DNA of 64,000 nt from Zygnema circumcarinatum SAG 698-1b (lineage: Eukaryota; Plantae; Zygnematophyceae), in NCBI GenBank assembly GCA_037447605.1, contig CM074818.1, positions 1,624,617 to 1,688,616 of the forward strand, in the 5' to 3' direction. The notes beneath the pieces are model-generated. The model worked only from the letters and a program-made list of their open reading frames with translations, searched no databases and had not been told where the DNA came from. Both the position numbers and the translations under genes were made by a program. How positions within the stretch are numbered: position 1 is the first letter of the stretch; each line of letters starts with the position of its first letter. Of this stretch, positions 1-12,128 are shown piece by piece.

Positions 1-3000
1 GGCAAAACCAACAAGAGACAGAGAGATGAGTATTTTATCAAGGCTGTTGACTTCTACAATAAAGCGTCACGCATTGACTCTCACGAGCTCACCACATGGA
101 TTGGCAAAGGTGAGGCTCTCACCGTGTAGCTTCCTCTTGTACGATAAATAATGCTATAAAGCCAAACTGGAGGCTCTGGTGAATATGATTCCGTTTGCTG
201 CACATGGAGGGTGCCCAATTTCAGTGACTTGACGAATCGAAGGAAGGGAAGCTGGTTATGAATTTGGTTAAATAGGATGTTTGAGGGTGTAACAGGACAG
301 CTGCAATTGGCAAAAGGTGATTGGGAGCAATCTGCGGAAATGTTTAACATCGTATTGCAAGAGCATCCCAATCATGTCGCTGCGCTCCTTGCTCAGGTGC
401 TTGTGTCTACCATTTACGTTCGTCAAGCACATTTGTTTTGTGATTCCGAAGCCTTTTGCCCTCTTCGATATTTTGTATCTAGTCGAATGTACTTGTTTCT
501 TGTGCATCTGAAGAAGACCCGATGTTACTATTCAATCAATGTCATATGACTGTGTTTACACCTGCCATGTACAGGCTTGTGTACTTTTCAACAAAGGAAA
601 AATACGTGAGGCACTCGCAAATTATAAGGTGATATATATTCTCTTGTTTGCGCCTTCTGGCATTGCATGAAAACTTGCAAGTGTGGTAGAACATACTAAT
701 GATTGATATTACGAGGTAGACAGTGCAGATATGTCCAGCAAGAAATAGTACGCGCCTTGTCAATTTACTTGTCTGAATCTTGCAACTATGTGTTCCTCTG
801 CGCAGAAAGTGTTGCAGGTGCATCCACGCTGCACAGCTGCAGTGCGCCTTGGTATTGGTTTGTGCCACTATCGGCTCCGTTTGAGTACTCCCGATCGCGC
901 TGATTTCCACGCTGCCAAGGCTCGCCAAGCCTTTGAACGAGTGCTGCAGGTGGAGATTGCTGTTCGATTCGACCCTTGAATGAATGAAGCTCGCTGTTTC
1001 GTGGCAGTCGTTTGCCTGAATCCATGTGTTGAAATTTGTTTCTCTGTCAAACAGCAAGACTGGAACACATGGGGCTAACACTTTAGCCTCTCATCCTCTC
1101 TGGGATGATCACTTGATGATAATGTTGATGCAAGCCTGAGAGCTCGTGTTAGGAGGGTGCAGTTGGAGCCGGACAATGTGGAGGGATTGGTGGCCCTGGC
1201 CATGTTGGATATCAACAGTGACGATGGTAAGCGTCAGCTTTTCTTTGTGGAAAACCTCTAATACCTACATAGATTCCATGTTGTGTATATTATTTATAGC
1301 GATGGCTTGCTGGGAATAAGATAGTTTGATTGAGAAGCTTTACAGAGGAGGTTCGGGCTTATATCCAGCCGGTACTGGCAAGGTAAAGGACGATCCCACT
1401 CAGCATTGTGCCATCATGTGTAGTAGGTCTGGACAAAATCAATCCCGCTTATTCAAGGAGAGGGATGACTGGCTATCCACTTCGGAGTGGTTGATTTGTG
1501 TACCATCTCGTAAACAAACAGTGTCACTATCGGGATGGATTTAGGCTGAGCGCTTAGGATGTTGTGGATGCAAGTCTATGGCACCTTCATTTCATCCTCT
1601 CTTGTGGCTTGCATTTCGGCAGTGGAGGTTGTTCAAAAGGCCATTGAGAGGATGAGGCGTGCATTTGAGGCATATCCTTACAATGCCATGGCCCTGAACC
1701 ATTTGGCAAACCACTATCTCTTCACCGGCCAACATCAGCTTGTAGAAGGCCTAATGGATGCAGCCCTGACCTGCACAAATCACAGCAACATGCGCTCTGA
1801 AAGCTACTACCACTTAGCACGTTCGTTCCATGCAAAGGTATGTCTTTGTACTCCTGGGCGATTTGTATTTACTGCACGAGGGGAGAATAAATTTTCGCCA
1901 AACGGATTGTGGACGTTGTGTGTTTGGTATTAGAGGCTGAACAACTGCATTCTCTTGGAGTTGAGGATATGGTAACTGTATAAGAGAGGAATTCCAGATT
2001 CTTGCTGGTGACCAGCCCTATTGCTTGTGGCATGAGTTTTGCTCCAAAGCTTAGTATTCTACTTACCTATGTGGAGTCACATTCTAGTGGGATTTTTTTA
2101 CACAAGTGGATGCTGCGTAGGCAATCGCACTTCTGTCCTTCAGCTACGCTGAAATTTGCAGGGGCTCTGATCTTTCATTTCAAGGGTGGTTGTTCCCGAA
2201 GACTTGACTTTCAGCTAAAGATTCGTGCAGGGGGATTATGACAAAGCATCTTTCTTTTATCGCCACTCGACTCAGGAGCTCCCACCTTCGAGCGACTTTG
2301 TACTGCCTTACTACGGTGCCTACTCTTTAACCTCATGTGTGCCATCCATTGATTCTCCCTAGCCTAGTTATCCCACATCCTCCAACCCACTCCCATCAGG
2401 AAAGGAGTCTCCTTTCGTATTTGCGTCAGCGAAAGAGTGTCATTTAGATTTAGTCTTTAATGCTATTGAGGAAATCGTAGGTGGAGTATAGGGCTGGGCC
2501 AGATCCATTTCAAACGAGGAGAATTGGACAAAGCCTTGGCTGCTGTGAAGAAAGTGCTTACAACGCAGCCGAACAATGCGGAAGCCTTGAAGGTACAAAT
2601 CAGTAACTGGTCCCGGCCTGCCTGTTTACCCAAACCCATCAACTGCTAGTCATCATTGACTTCATACGCGTCTCTCACGTCGTATTTTTGCATGATTTTG
2701 GTATCTTCATACTCATCGCATGGAACAGGAAGGACTGACAGGCAGTAGAGCGAAGTGGGTTGTAGGTGGAGGGCAGCATTCAAGCACAGCAGGGCCGACT
2801 TACGGAAGCGCTTGCCACTTTCAAGAAGGTTACTTCACTGCATCCAAATGATGCCCAGGTGTGCCCCATTTCTAATAATGGCATAGCAGGCTATATTGGA
2901 GCTGTCTGTCTCTCCTTCTCCCTCGCCTAAGTAGCGTAACTGAAGGAAGATGACAAAACACAGCTCGTTTGTCTCATTTACTGTATATTAACCTTTCATA

Positions 3001-6000
3001 TTTATAACAACCAAGAGCATAAGCCTTTTATTTACATAATATATTTGTCTGTCGAATGCAACAGTAAGATGTGTAACAAATATTCTTGGTCCTTGGGCGA
3101 TTATGTATTAATCCGATTGCGGGATGTCACAGAAGCTCTGTCTGTGATAACAAAGCTGAAGGCAATCAGTATTCCACCATGGGCCTTTCCGACCTCAATC
3201 TTAACCTGTCAAAATGAAACTTCAGTCTTCTGCTCCTAAGAACGAGTGTTTAGGCTCTTGCAGCTTATTCTCATGAAGATCTTCCACCGGAGTTTGCAGG
3301 CTTGGATTGAAACTGCGGACCTGCAGGTAGCTAACGACTTCGGAGGTGCATTGGAGGCCTTGTATAAGGTGCGCGTCTGCTCCATTTCCTCTTCCCTCTA
3401 GTTTACTCATATCCTGCCTTATCCTTCAACAAACTTTAGCCGCATAGGTCGTAGACAGTGCTCCTCTTGGGAACTCATTTCATAACAGAACATTTGTTTA
3501 GGTCGTCTAAACATTGGGATGATGATATCAGTCAAGAGCGCTGAGTCCAAGTTGACTTTAATTCAAGAAGCAGAGGTTCGTAGTCGGCCGATTCTGCTGC
3601 TATTAGATGGAAGGTGATGATTGTCAAATAGGCTGCAATAGGCTGGGGGCACCAGGAGGGCCATGGCAGGCTCAAACTTTACTGACGCAGCAACGCAAGA
3701 AGGTGCCATTGGAGCTGCTCAATGACATTTCTGTGCTTCTATTCCTCCGTCATGATTACGAGGTGAAGACCTCCACCTAAACCTATTCCCTCTTTGCCTC
3801 GTCTCCTTTTACCTGTCAGAAGTTGCGAGGAGTAGGGATAAGTGCCTGTTGGGAGAAGAGAAGAAGTGGGGGGAAGGAAGTACTCGGAGAAATAGATGGC
3901 AGATATATTGAAATGGGAAGGGATGGAGAGGGAAATGGAACTCTTCTTACATGTTCGACATATGTTGGGAGTGGGAGCAGGGGGCTCTAAAGGCACTAAA
4001 GGAGGCAATTGGTCCCGGCCCTTGGACTGCCATCATTGAAGGTCCTGCACCTGATGCTACAGTTGCCCATTTGGGCCCTTTAGAGAGGGTGGCTGACATG
4101 AATGGGACCCATGAAGAGGGCGATGAGGAAGTTAAAGAAGTATCCGTGGAGAAGGTGGCAGTCGTTTACAATCTGGCGAGGCTCCATGAGCAGTTGCATG
4201 AGACTAGTCGAGCCATTGCCCTCTATCGTCTCATCCTGCGAAAGGTTTGCTGTTTGCTTTGTCTCGACGTCCCTACATGAATTTGTTGTGACGATGTTCC
4301 CAAGGAAATGTTGTGCTACTCATTCAAAACTTCTTCAGTGTTCATGGTCTTCTTCTCCTTCAATACCTGGTCTGCCGGTCGAATTGTGATGAGGTCTGTT
4401 TGCCAACTATGTGAGGCTCACCAATGGCATCAATATGGCGGGAGAGAAGGGACAGGGAATGGGTGAGGGAGAGGCAATTCAAGTTCGCCGAGTGTTCTTT
4501 ATGCATTTTGAGCATAAGGAGGTGTTCATGATGCTTGAAGGGCTTTATGCAGTCCGTCCTGTTTTTGTTGTATGTTACTTCATAGTTGGTAAATTCACCT
4601 AGCAGCTATCCACATTGCCTAATGGAGTTTATTAGAGCTGTGCATGTTCGAGCAGCATCCTTCTTATGTGGACTGCTACCTCCGAATGGCAGTCATCGCT
4701 CAGACTCGATGTGATTGGACCAGCTGTTCAAGACTGGTAAGTAGTAGTAGTCTGCAGACTCTAAGGTCAAATGCTTCAAACCCAGCAATTCCTTGGAAGC
4801 CCTATTTGGGACTCCGCTACCTTCCACACTATAACTGCACTTTTCCTCTCTGCACTTTCCAGCTTCTAGTTTTGCTGCGTTTTCTATGAAGGACGAAATC
4901 CCCACAGTTTTACATTATGACTTTTACTGGAAAAGATGAACAGCTTAAAGTTGCTATATCAGGCTGCCAGGAGAGAATCCATATTCATGTGAATCCAGGT
5001 CCAAAGAGATTCAGAAACCATTAATGAATAATGGGGAGGTTGCATGCTATGGCCATGTCATGCAGGAAAAATGACAAAAATGACTGATTGAGATATACTT
5101 TACGATGGCTTCTTACAGTATACATAATTCCCTTGGAACTGCTGAGTGCATTGCAAGTATTTATGTTTTGTAAAGTGACATGGGCTTCGTGCAATCTTTG
5201 AACCGTTTTCATGAAGTGGGATGGTGAATCAGATAAACACAGCTCTTGAAGTGAGTCCCGGAAATGTCGACGCTTTGTTGATTCGCTCCTTGGCAGAGGA
5301 GAAGCAGGATGAGATGATGGAGGCCAAAGAGACAATCAAGCAGTGCATGGAAGGGCAGCATGAGAATCCGCCCACACCTGCTCTTCTTGCTTTGGTATGA
5401 ATGCAATGCCTTCGTACTTATGTTTGGCTTTGGGTAGAGGATAGAGGGTTGGATTGTAGAGAGTGGAAGGTGACTGAGTACAAAGTTGATCCTTCTTCTC
5501 TATTCCTTCTCCTCTCCTCTCCTCGCCTCACCCTCTCCCTCTCCCTCTCCCTCTCCCTCCCTCTCCCTCTCCTCCCTCTCCCTCTCCCTCTCCCTCTCCC
5601 TCTCCTCTCCCTCTCCCTCTCCCTCTCCTCTCCCTCTCCTCTCCCTCTCCCTCTCCCTCTCCTCTCCCTCTCCCTCTCTCTCCCTCCCTCTCCCTCTCCT
5701 CTCCCTCTCCCTCTCCTCTCCTCTCCCTCTCCCTCTCCTCTCCCTCTCCCTCTCCTCTCCCTCTCCTCTCCCACTCTCCCTTTCTCTCCCTCTCCCTCCC
5801 TCTCCCTCTCCCTCCCCTCCCCTCCCCCTCCCTCCCCTCCCCTCCCCTCCCCCTCCCCCTCCCCTCCCCCTCCCCCTCCCTCCCCTCCCCTCCCCCTCCC
5901 TCCCTCTCCCTCTCCCTCTCCTCTCCCTCTCCCTCTCCTCTCCCTCTCCCTCTCCCTCTCCCTCTCCCTCTCCCTCTCCCTCTCCCTCTCCCTCTCCCTC

Positions 6001-9000
6001 TCCCTCTCCCTCTCCCTCTCCTCTCCTCTCCCTCTCCCTCTCCTCCCTCTCCTCTCTCCTCTCCTCTCCCTCTCCCTCTCACCTCTCCTCCACTCCTCTC
6101 CTCTCCCTCTCCTCTCCCTCTCCCTCTCCTCTCCTCTCCCTCTCCTCTCCTCTCCTCTCCTACTCCCTCTCCTGCCCTCTCCTCTCCCTCTCCTCTCCTC
6201 TCCTCTCCTCTCCTCTCACTCTCCCTCTCCTCTCCCTCTCCTCTCCTCTCCTCTCCCCTCTCCACTCTCCTCTCCTCTCCTCTCCTCTCCTCTCCTCTCC
6301 TCTCCCACTCTCCTCTCCCTCTCCTCTCCTCTCCTCTCCCACTCTCCCTCTCTCCTCTCCCTCTCCCTCTCCCTCTCCTCTCCTCTCCTCTCCTCTCCTC
6401 TCCTCTCCCTCTCCCTCTCCTCTCCCTCTCCCTCTCCTCTCCTCTCCCTCTCCCTCTCCCTCTCCCTCTCCTCTCCTCTCCCTCTCCCTCTCCCTCTCCC
6501 TCTCCCTCCCTCTCCTCTCCTCTCCCTCTCCCTCTCCCTCTCTCCCTCTCCTCTCCCTCTCCTCTCCCTCTCCCTCTCCTCCTCCCTCTCCCTCTCCCTC
6601 TCCCTCTCCCTCTCCCTCTCCCTCTCCCTCTCCCTCTCCCTCTCCCTCTCCCTCTCCCTCTCCCTCTCCCACTCTCCCTCTCCCTCTCCCTCTCCTCTCC
6701 CTCTCCCTCCCTCCCTCCCTCTCCCTTTCCCTCTCCCTCTCCCTCTCCTCTCCTCTCCCTCTCCCTCTCCCTCTCCTCCTACAGGGCAATTGGAACTTAG
6801 CCATGAGCCAACGCCCTTGGAAGGAGTCAAGTGCAGAAGCCACTTATTTAGAGAAGGCTCGGGACTGCTTCCTCAAGGTAAGCCAAGACGGCCAAGTCAG
6901 AGACAGGGTCTACCCAGCTTGAGCCACCTTCCCGATTCATTTCTCAGGAAATTTTTCATTTTCAGGGTTGTCCTTAAGTCTATTCCTACCTTACAAGAGG
7001 TTTTTTGGAACATTACAGGGCCTTAAGAAGAACCACAGCAATATGTACGCAGCGAATGGCATGGGTTGCTTCTTTGGGGAGAAGGGATTGCTGGACGTGG
7101 CGAAAGAAATCTTCACACAGGTACGACTTGACCTTCTTTTGTGAGGTCTAATCCATTGAGAGGAGAGGAGGAGCTTTCGGAGCACTTGAGAGGCTGTCTT
7201 GTGAATAATAGGGACTGAAATTGTGTCTTGACGTACACTTGTCATGCAACCGTTATCCCAAGACCCGCTCATCTGTTTCATCCCAGCTTAATGGCTTCTA
7301 AACAACATCGGACCTCTATACTGTCATTCCATGCTTCCATACTACATATGTGTGCGCATTTTGTAACATGTGAAGAGCTCTAATGCACAAGAATGGAAGC
7401 GCACGAGAGAGAGAGAGAGAGAGAGAGAGAACGAGAGCGTGTGTGAGAGAGAGTGTGTAATATAGTGCATTCATATGGTGCAGGTGCAAGAGGCTGTGAC
7501 CGGAAATGCACTGATGGAAGCTCCTGACGTGTGGACCAATCTCGCTCATATTCATTTGGCCAAATCGGAGACAACGCTTGCCATTAAAATGGTGGGAGGC
7601 TCCTCACTTTCTCTTTCTTCTTCTCTCCACTTTCGATCCCCCCCTCTCGTCTCTACCTCTCCATCTGTTTATCCCTCTCCCCATCTAATGCGGACGACTT
7701 CTCAAGATGGAAATCTTTGGATCAAATTTCCAGTCCTGCACAAGCCTCTACAGGCTGCTTTGTCACATGCCTAAGATTTGGGTCCTTTCTGAAAATGCTT
7801 TTATTGCAGTACCAAAACTGTCAGAAACGATTCCACAGCGGCACAGACTCCCAAGGGTTGCTCTACTTGGCCCGGGCTCAATATGAGGCCGAACAATATG
7901 TAGAATCTCAACGGACTCTTATGCGAGCGGTTCACATAGCTCCCACAAACTACACACTCCATTTTGATGCAGCCAATGTGATGCAGAAACATGCAAATGT
8001 CACTCTGAAGAAGGAAAAGCGGACTGCGGAGCAGGTGGGTGGGGGGTTACATGTAATTCTATTTTAACTGAATTCAGTTTAGTGCCATCGCTTACCGTAG
8101 TAATTAGCTTCAATTGAGATCTCCTGGAGAGTTGGCCTCCCTGATAACCCAAATCCCGAAAAACTTAGAAATCCCGAAAAATACCTTTGTTTTTGAGGTG
8201 GTGGGATGCAGGTCCGGCATGCAGTCTTGGAGCTGAAAACAGCTGTGCGAATGTTTGCTCAGGTATTTTAAATATTCTCAAAGGAAGCGCACCATAAAAC
8301 TCAAGAACTTCTTCCTTATCTTTGTTTCTGCATTCTTCTTCGAGCCTCGTAAGGGCCATGAGAAAAATAATCTCTGCAGGAGCCATTACGGTTGTGAATA
8401 GGTTTGGATTATCCCATAAGACCCTCAACTTTTAAGGAAGCTTAAACATCCAGAAACGTGAAATCTGGTGAAACTTCTGAAGTCAGGAACCCTAATTCTT
8501 GCAATATGGAGGAGGTGGAAATCAAGGGTAAACCAGTGGACAGTTTGTAGCCCCTTACTGTAGCTTACATAAGGGCGTTGTCCAATGAAAGTTGTTGATA
8601 TTCCTGCTCCGTGTTGTACATCATCCTTTGTCATATTTTCCTTCTCTCCCTTGCTAATCTCCGCCTGAAAGTCGGTCCTATTGCAGCTGGCTGCTCTAGG
8701 CCCTCAGCCAAGCCATGGATTTGACCAAACCAAAAGTAAACTGCACATGGAGTACTGCAAGGTAATCGATTCCTTTCTGCCACAGCTCTGATTTCATTCG
8801 AGCATCTGGGTGGCTCAAAGTCTACGACTTTTATAGCTCTTGCGTATGCCATGTACAGTGCTTTGTGCTTCAAGAGCTGTGTTTCCTTTTGGTTCCATGT
8901 GTAATGTGTTTGGACCTTGATGCTGTTAAAGGGTTAGTTGAGGGTTTCAGCTGCTCCTGGATGCAGCCAAGCAGCACTTGGAGGCAGCAGAGCGAGAGGA

Positions 9001-10806
9001 GCAGCAAAACAAAGTGAGAAATACTCTCCCTCTCCCTTTTTCCCTCTCCCTCTCCCTCTCCCTCTCCCTCTCCCTCTCCCTTTCCCTCTCCCTCTCCCNN
9101 NNNNNNNNCTCTCCCTCTCCCTCTCCCTCGTCCTCTTCCCCTCTCCCCCTCCCTCTCTCCTCCGTCTCTCGCCTCCTCTTCCCCCCCCCTCTCCCTCTCT
9201 CTCTCATTCTTGACATTTCCTCTTCACGAGCCCTCACGAAGCCTCTGAAACCCTGAAAGCCCCTAAGTCTTCTAAGAATGACAAAGTTCCGGCAACCCGA
9301 AATGTTTTGAACATTGTGTAGCCACTCTGTGTCTGAATGTCAAACATGTAATTGCTCGTTTTGGGGAGGCAACAGCAAAGGCAGGAGGTGGCCCGTCAGC
9401 AGGCCCTTGCAGCTGATGCTCGGCGGAGGGCTGAGGAGGAACGAAAGCTGCAGGTGGGGGAATCCGTCACCAGCTTTACTCTTTTGTACCTATGACTTAA
9501 TGGTATCCTGGTTTTTGGTCTTCCAGACAAATCTTCAAAGCATCTGTTCATCGAGAAAAATCCTTGTCTCTTTCACTTTGTACATTTGTGGTGCTGCACC
9601 GGTTTCGGGTGAAAAGAGAGTGGTTCTGAAGGGGGCTTCTGGTCAATTCGATTGCAGGAGGAGAGGTTAAAGCGGGAGGAGGAAGACAGGAAAGCAGCAG
9701 CTGTGGAAGCAGAATTCCAGCGACGGAAGGTGCATCTTCTTTCCTCCACTTTTACATTAAAGGGTTAGAGTTATGCTTTAGCCAAAATGTGATTATAATT
9801 CGTAAAGGTTGCAATACCTCCATCTCGACCTAAAGCAAACAGGCTTACAGTGACAGGCTGCCTCCTCATTAGATTTCGGTCATTCTGCAGGCGTCTTGGA
9901 GGAAGTCGACAACGGTAGAGGAAGAGGGAGAGGGTGGAGAGAAGGAACATCGAAGCAAGAAGGAGAAGAAGAAGCGGAAGAAGAAGGCTTCTGAGGATGT
10001 TTACGAGGAGGAATATCATGAAGACTATGACTACAATAGGGGTTACGGGAGTGATCCCGCCGGCAGTCCTCCAAGGAGGCGAGAAAGCAGCGTACCGGCA
10101 GTTGCAGATATTTTGGAGGATGATGTAAACGGTGAAAGAAAGGTAAGCATCATATTACCTTAAAAACCGTAACCTGAGAAAGCCCTCAAGATTAGCAGAT
10201 CAGGCGGTATAAGTTTTGAAAGAGACGCTCATCCCTTTGTGGAGGATGTGTGCTTGCCTGCTCCCTCCCCTATCTCATTTCTTTGCTCACCTCTCCCACG
10301 TCTTCTCATTTCCTCTCTCTTCTCCTCTCTTCGGATTATGTAGAGGTGGCTGATTGTTTGGACAAGTTCAAAAAATGAAGATTATGTACTGCTGTAGTAA
10401 CAGGAACCATTGAAGCATGTGCCTACGTTTATAGCCTTACCCTCTACAACCCTCAGAACTCTCGAAACTATGAACCCTAATTCTAAACCATATCAGATCT
10501 CATGAATTATTGGGATGCTCCGCTCTCTTCTAGTATGGGCCATACCATGCATGACGATGATGATGATGCATGGGACATGCATGCGTGGAGCAGCGTGGGG
10601 ACTCGTCAAGCAAACGAAAGCGCGGTCGCGCTGTTGCGGATTCGGATGATGAAGAGGAGAAGGGGGGAAGGAGACAAAGTGACTCCCGAGGAGGGGAGGA
10701 GGAGGAGGCTCCAGGAGAGCACGTAGCCGTGGCTGAAAGGGAGGAGGGGGAGGCAGAACAATCTGTGCTCAGGGACACAGGGCTGGATGGAGATGACAGT
10801 GATTAG
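1..10806 (+). CDS. CTR9: RNA polymerase II-associated Paf1 complex subunit CTR9/VIP6 (TPR protein), 5' part outside the window
   Basis: 25 GT-AG exons join in frame: 1-109, 296-396, 575-628, 806-949, 1163-1226, 1623-1837, 2231-2315, 2492-2592, 2766-2858, 3300-3368, 3670-3762, 3981-4244, 4656-4736, 5233-5394, 6785-6877, 7019-7120, 7484-7591, 7810-8034, 8212-8262, 8687-8761, 8951-9013, 9376-9453, 9658-9729, 9891-10142, 10594-10806 (last acceptor tentative). Peptides YNKASRID..TWIGKGQL, AAVRLGIGLC, ALNHLANHYLFTGQH, YNLARLHEQ, SNMYAANG, PDVWTNLAH and LLYLARAQYEAEQ are collinear with plant VIP6/CTR9, followed by an acidic/basic tail. Confidence 0.95.
5491..6780 (+). repeat. ~1.3 kb almost purine-free (CCCTCT/CCTCT)n tract in a CTR9 intron (5395-6784)
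   Basis: Directly visible. It ends at the AG acceptor of the exon starting at 6785. Confidence 0.97.
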
Positions 10807-12128
10807 AGAGCGAGCGGGGGGAAGGGGGAGGGGGAGGGAGGGGGGGGGGGGAGGGTGAGGAGAGGAAGAGAGAGAGTGAGGGTTTTCCATCAACCCTACT
10901 TGGAGTCAAGGAGGTGCTGAAATGTAAGTTCGAGCACTTTCTCCATTGAAATGGGATTGAACACGAAGGAATAGAGCAGTGGCTGCACGCTGTCAATTTT
11001 AGAAATCAGTGACTCCTACCTCCCCCTCACCCTCCCCTCTCCATTCTCTACTGGTTGACCTTGCCTCTCTGCGGACTCGGAAAGGTCAAGTTTCGGATCT
11101 TGACCATCAACACTTTTTGAAATTTGACCGCAAACCTTTTTAGAGCTTGACCAAGTCTTACGCAAGACGTGCCCCCCAGGACCTCAAAAGGCTCCTGAAT
11201 CCGAAACCAAAACCAGATGTGAAATTTGTGTTTTGTTAGACAGAAATGTGCATCATTGAGCCCCGCACCACAGCTTGGCGCGGCATTTACGGTTGCTCCG
11301 GTAGACTGCACGGGGCCATAACACGCACTCGGACAAGATTACTTTGAATACCAAATTAGACTGCGAGCGTTTATGACTTTTGACCTGCTTTGGTCATATA
11401 TTTTGAGCCACTCGGCCTTCAGATTCAGAATTTTGTAGATGCGACAGCGGCAATAAGAATAGATAATAGCAGTGACGAAGTTGTGAAGAGAAGGCACGAG
11501 AAGGCAGGTTGTCGATGCCCTTCCAGTCCACAAGTTAGCTTGGCTGGGTTTGGTGTACTGAATGATTTGAATGGGTTCGTGTTATGTCTAATCAATCTTT
11601 TCAATTAAGTGTACATAGATAGGCCAAACAGTTCGTTCAGCGCGGCAAAGCAAGCCAAACAAGTGTAAGTGGAACGAAAAAACGTCAACAAATCGAATTC
11701 ACATCCCCATCCTCATTATCGTCCTCATCATCACCATCATCGTTATCATCAAAAGTTCACTAGTCCGCTTTGCATAGGTGATGCTGAACCCTCTTTAACT
11801 AGGAAGAGAGTTCACAGTCCTATGTCTAACCTATAAATCTACCTGTCAAACGCACAAATTATCACCAAATTGCCTCTGTACAGCCTGCCAAATACGCCCC
11901 CCCTCAAGCCTTCCCTTCCTGCATGAAAGACATGGACTCACCATACCCGGTTCTCAAACTACCCTCCAATTAGGTCCTATTCAGGAATAAGCTCCTGAGC
12001 AAGTGTATTTAACGTTCTGTTGCAGCATTTACACAGCGAGGCAAGCAGTGTCGTTTAGGAGCATTGCAGCCTTCACCTGCAGCTCCTTCCGACGAAGTAC
12101 CTAAATCGTTGAGCACGCTCAGAGCCCA

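Noticed and set aside
5401-7026. Long Ser/Pro/Leu and Arg/Gly/Glu ORFs on both strands
   Set aside because: Translations of the intronic CT microsatellite; the real CTR9 exons flank it.
11340-11770. Possible hAT transposase C-terminal remnant (minus strand, LLPLS...KSHKRS) and an acidic stretch
   Set aside because: The similarity is too weak and interrupted to call without a search; no TIRs found.
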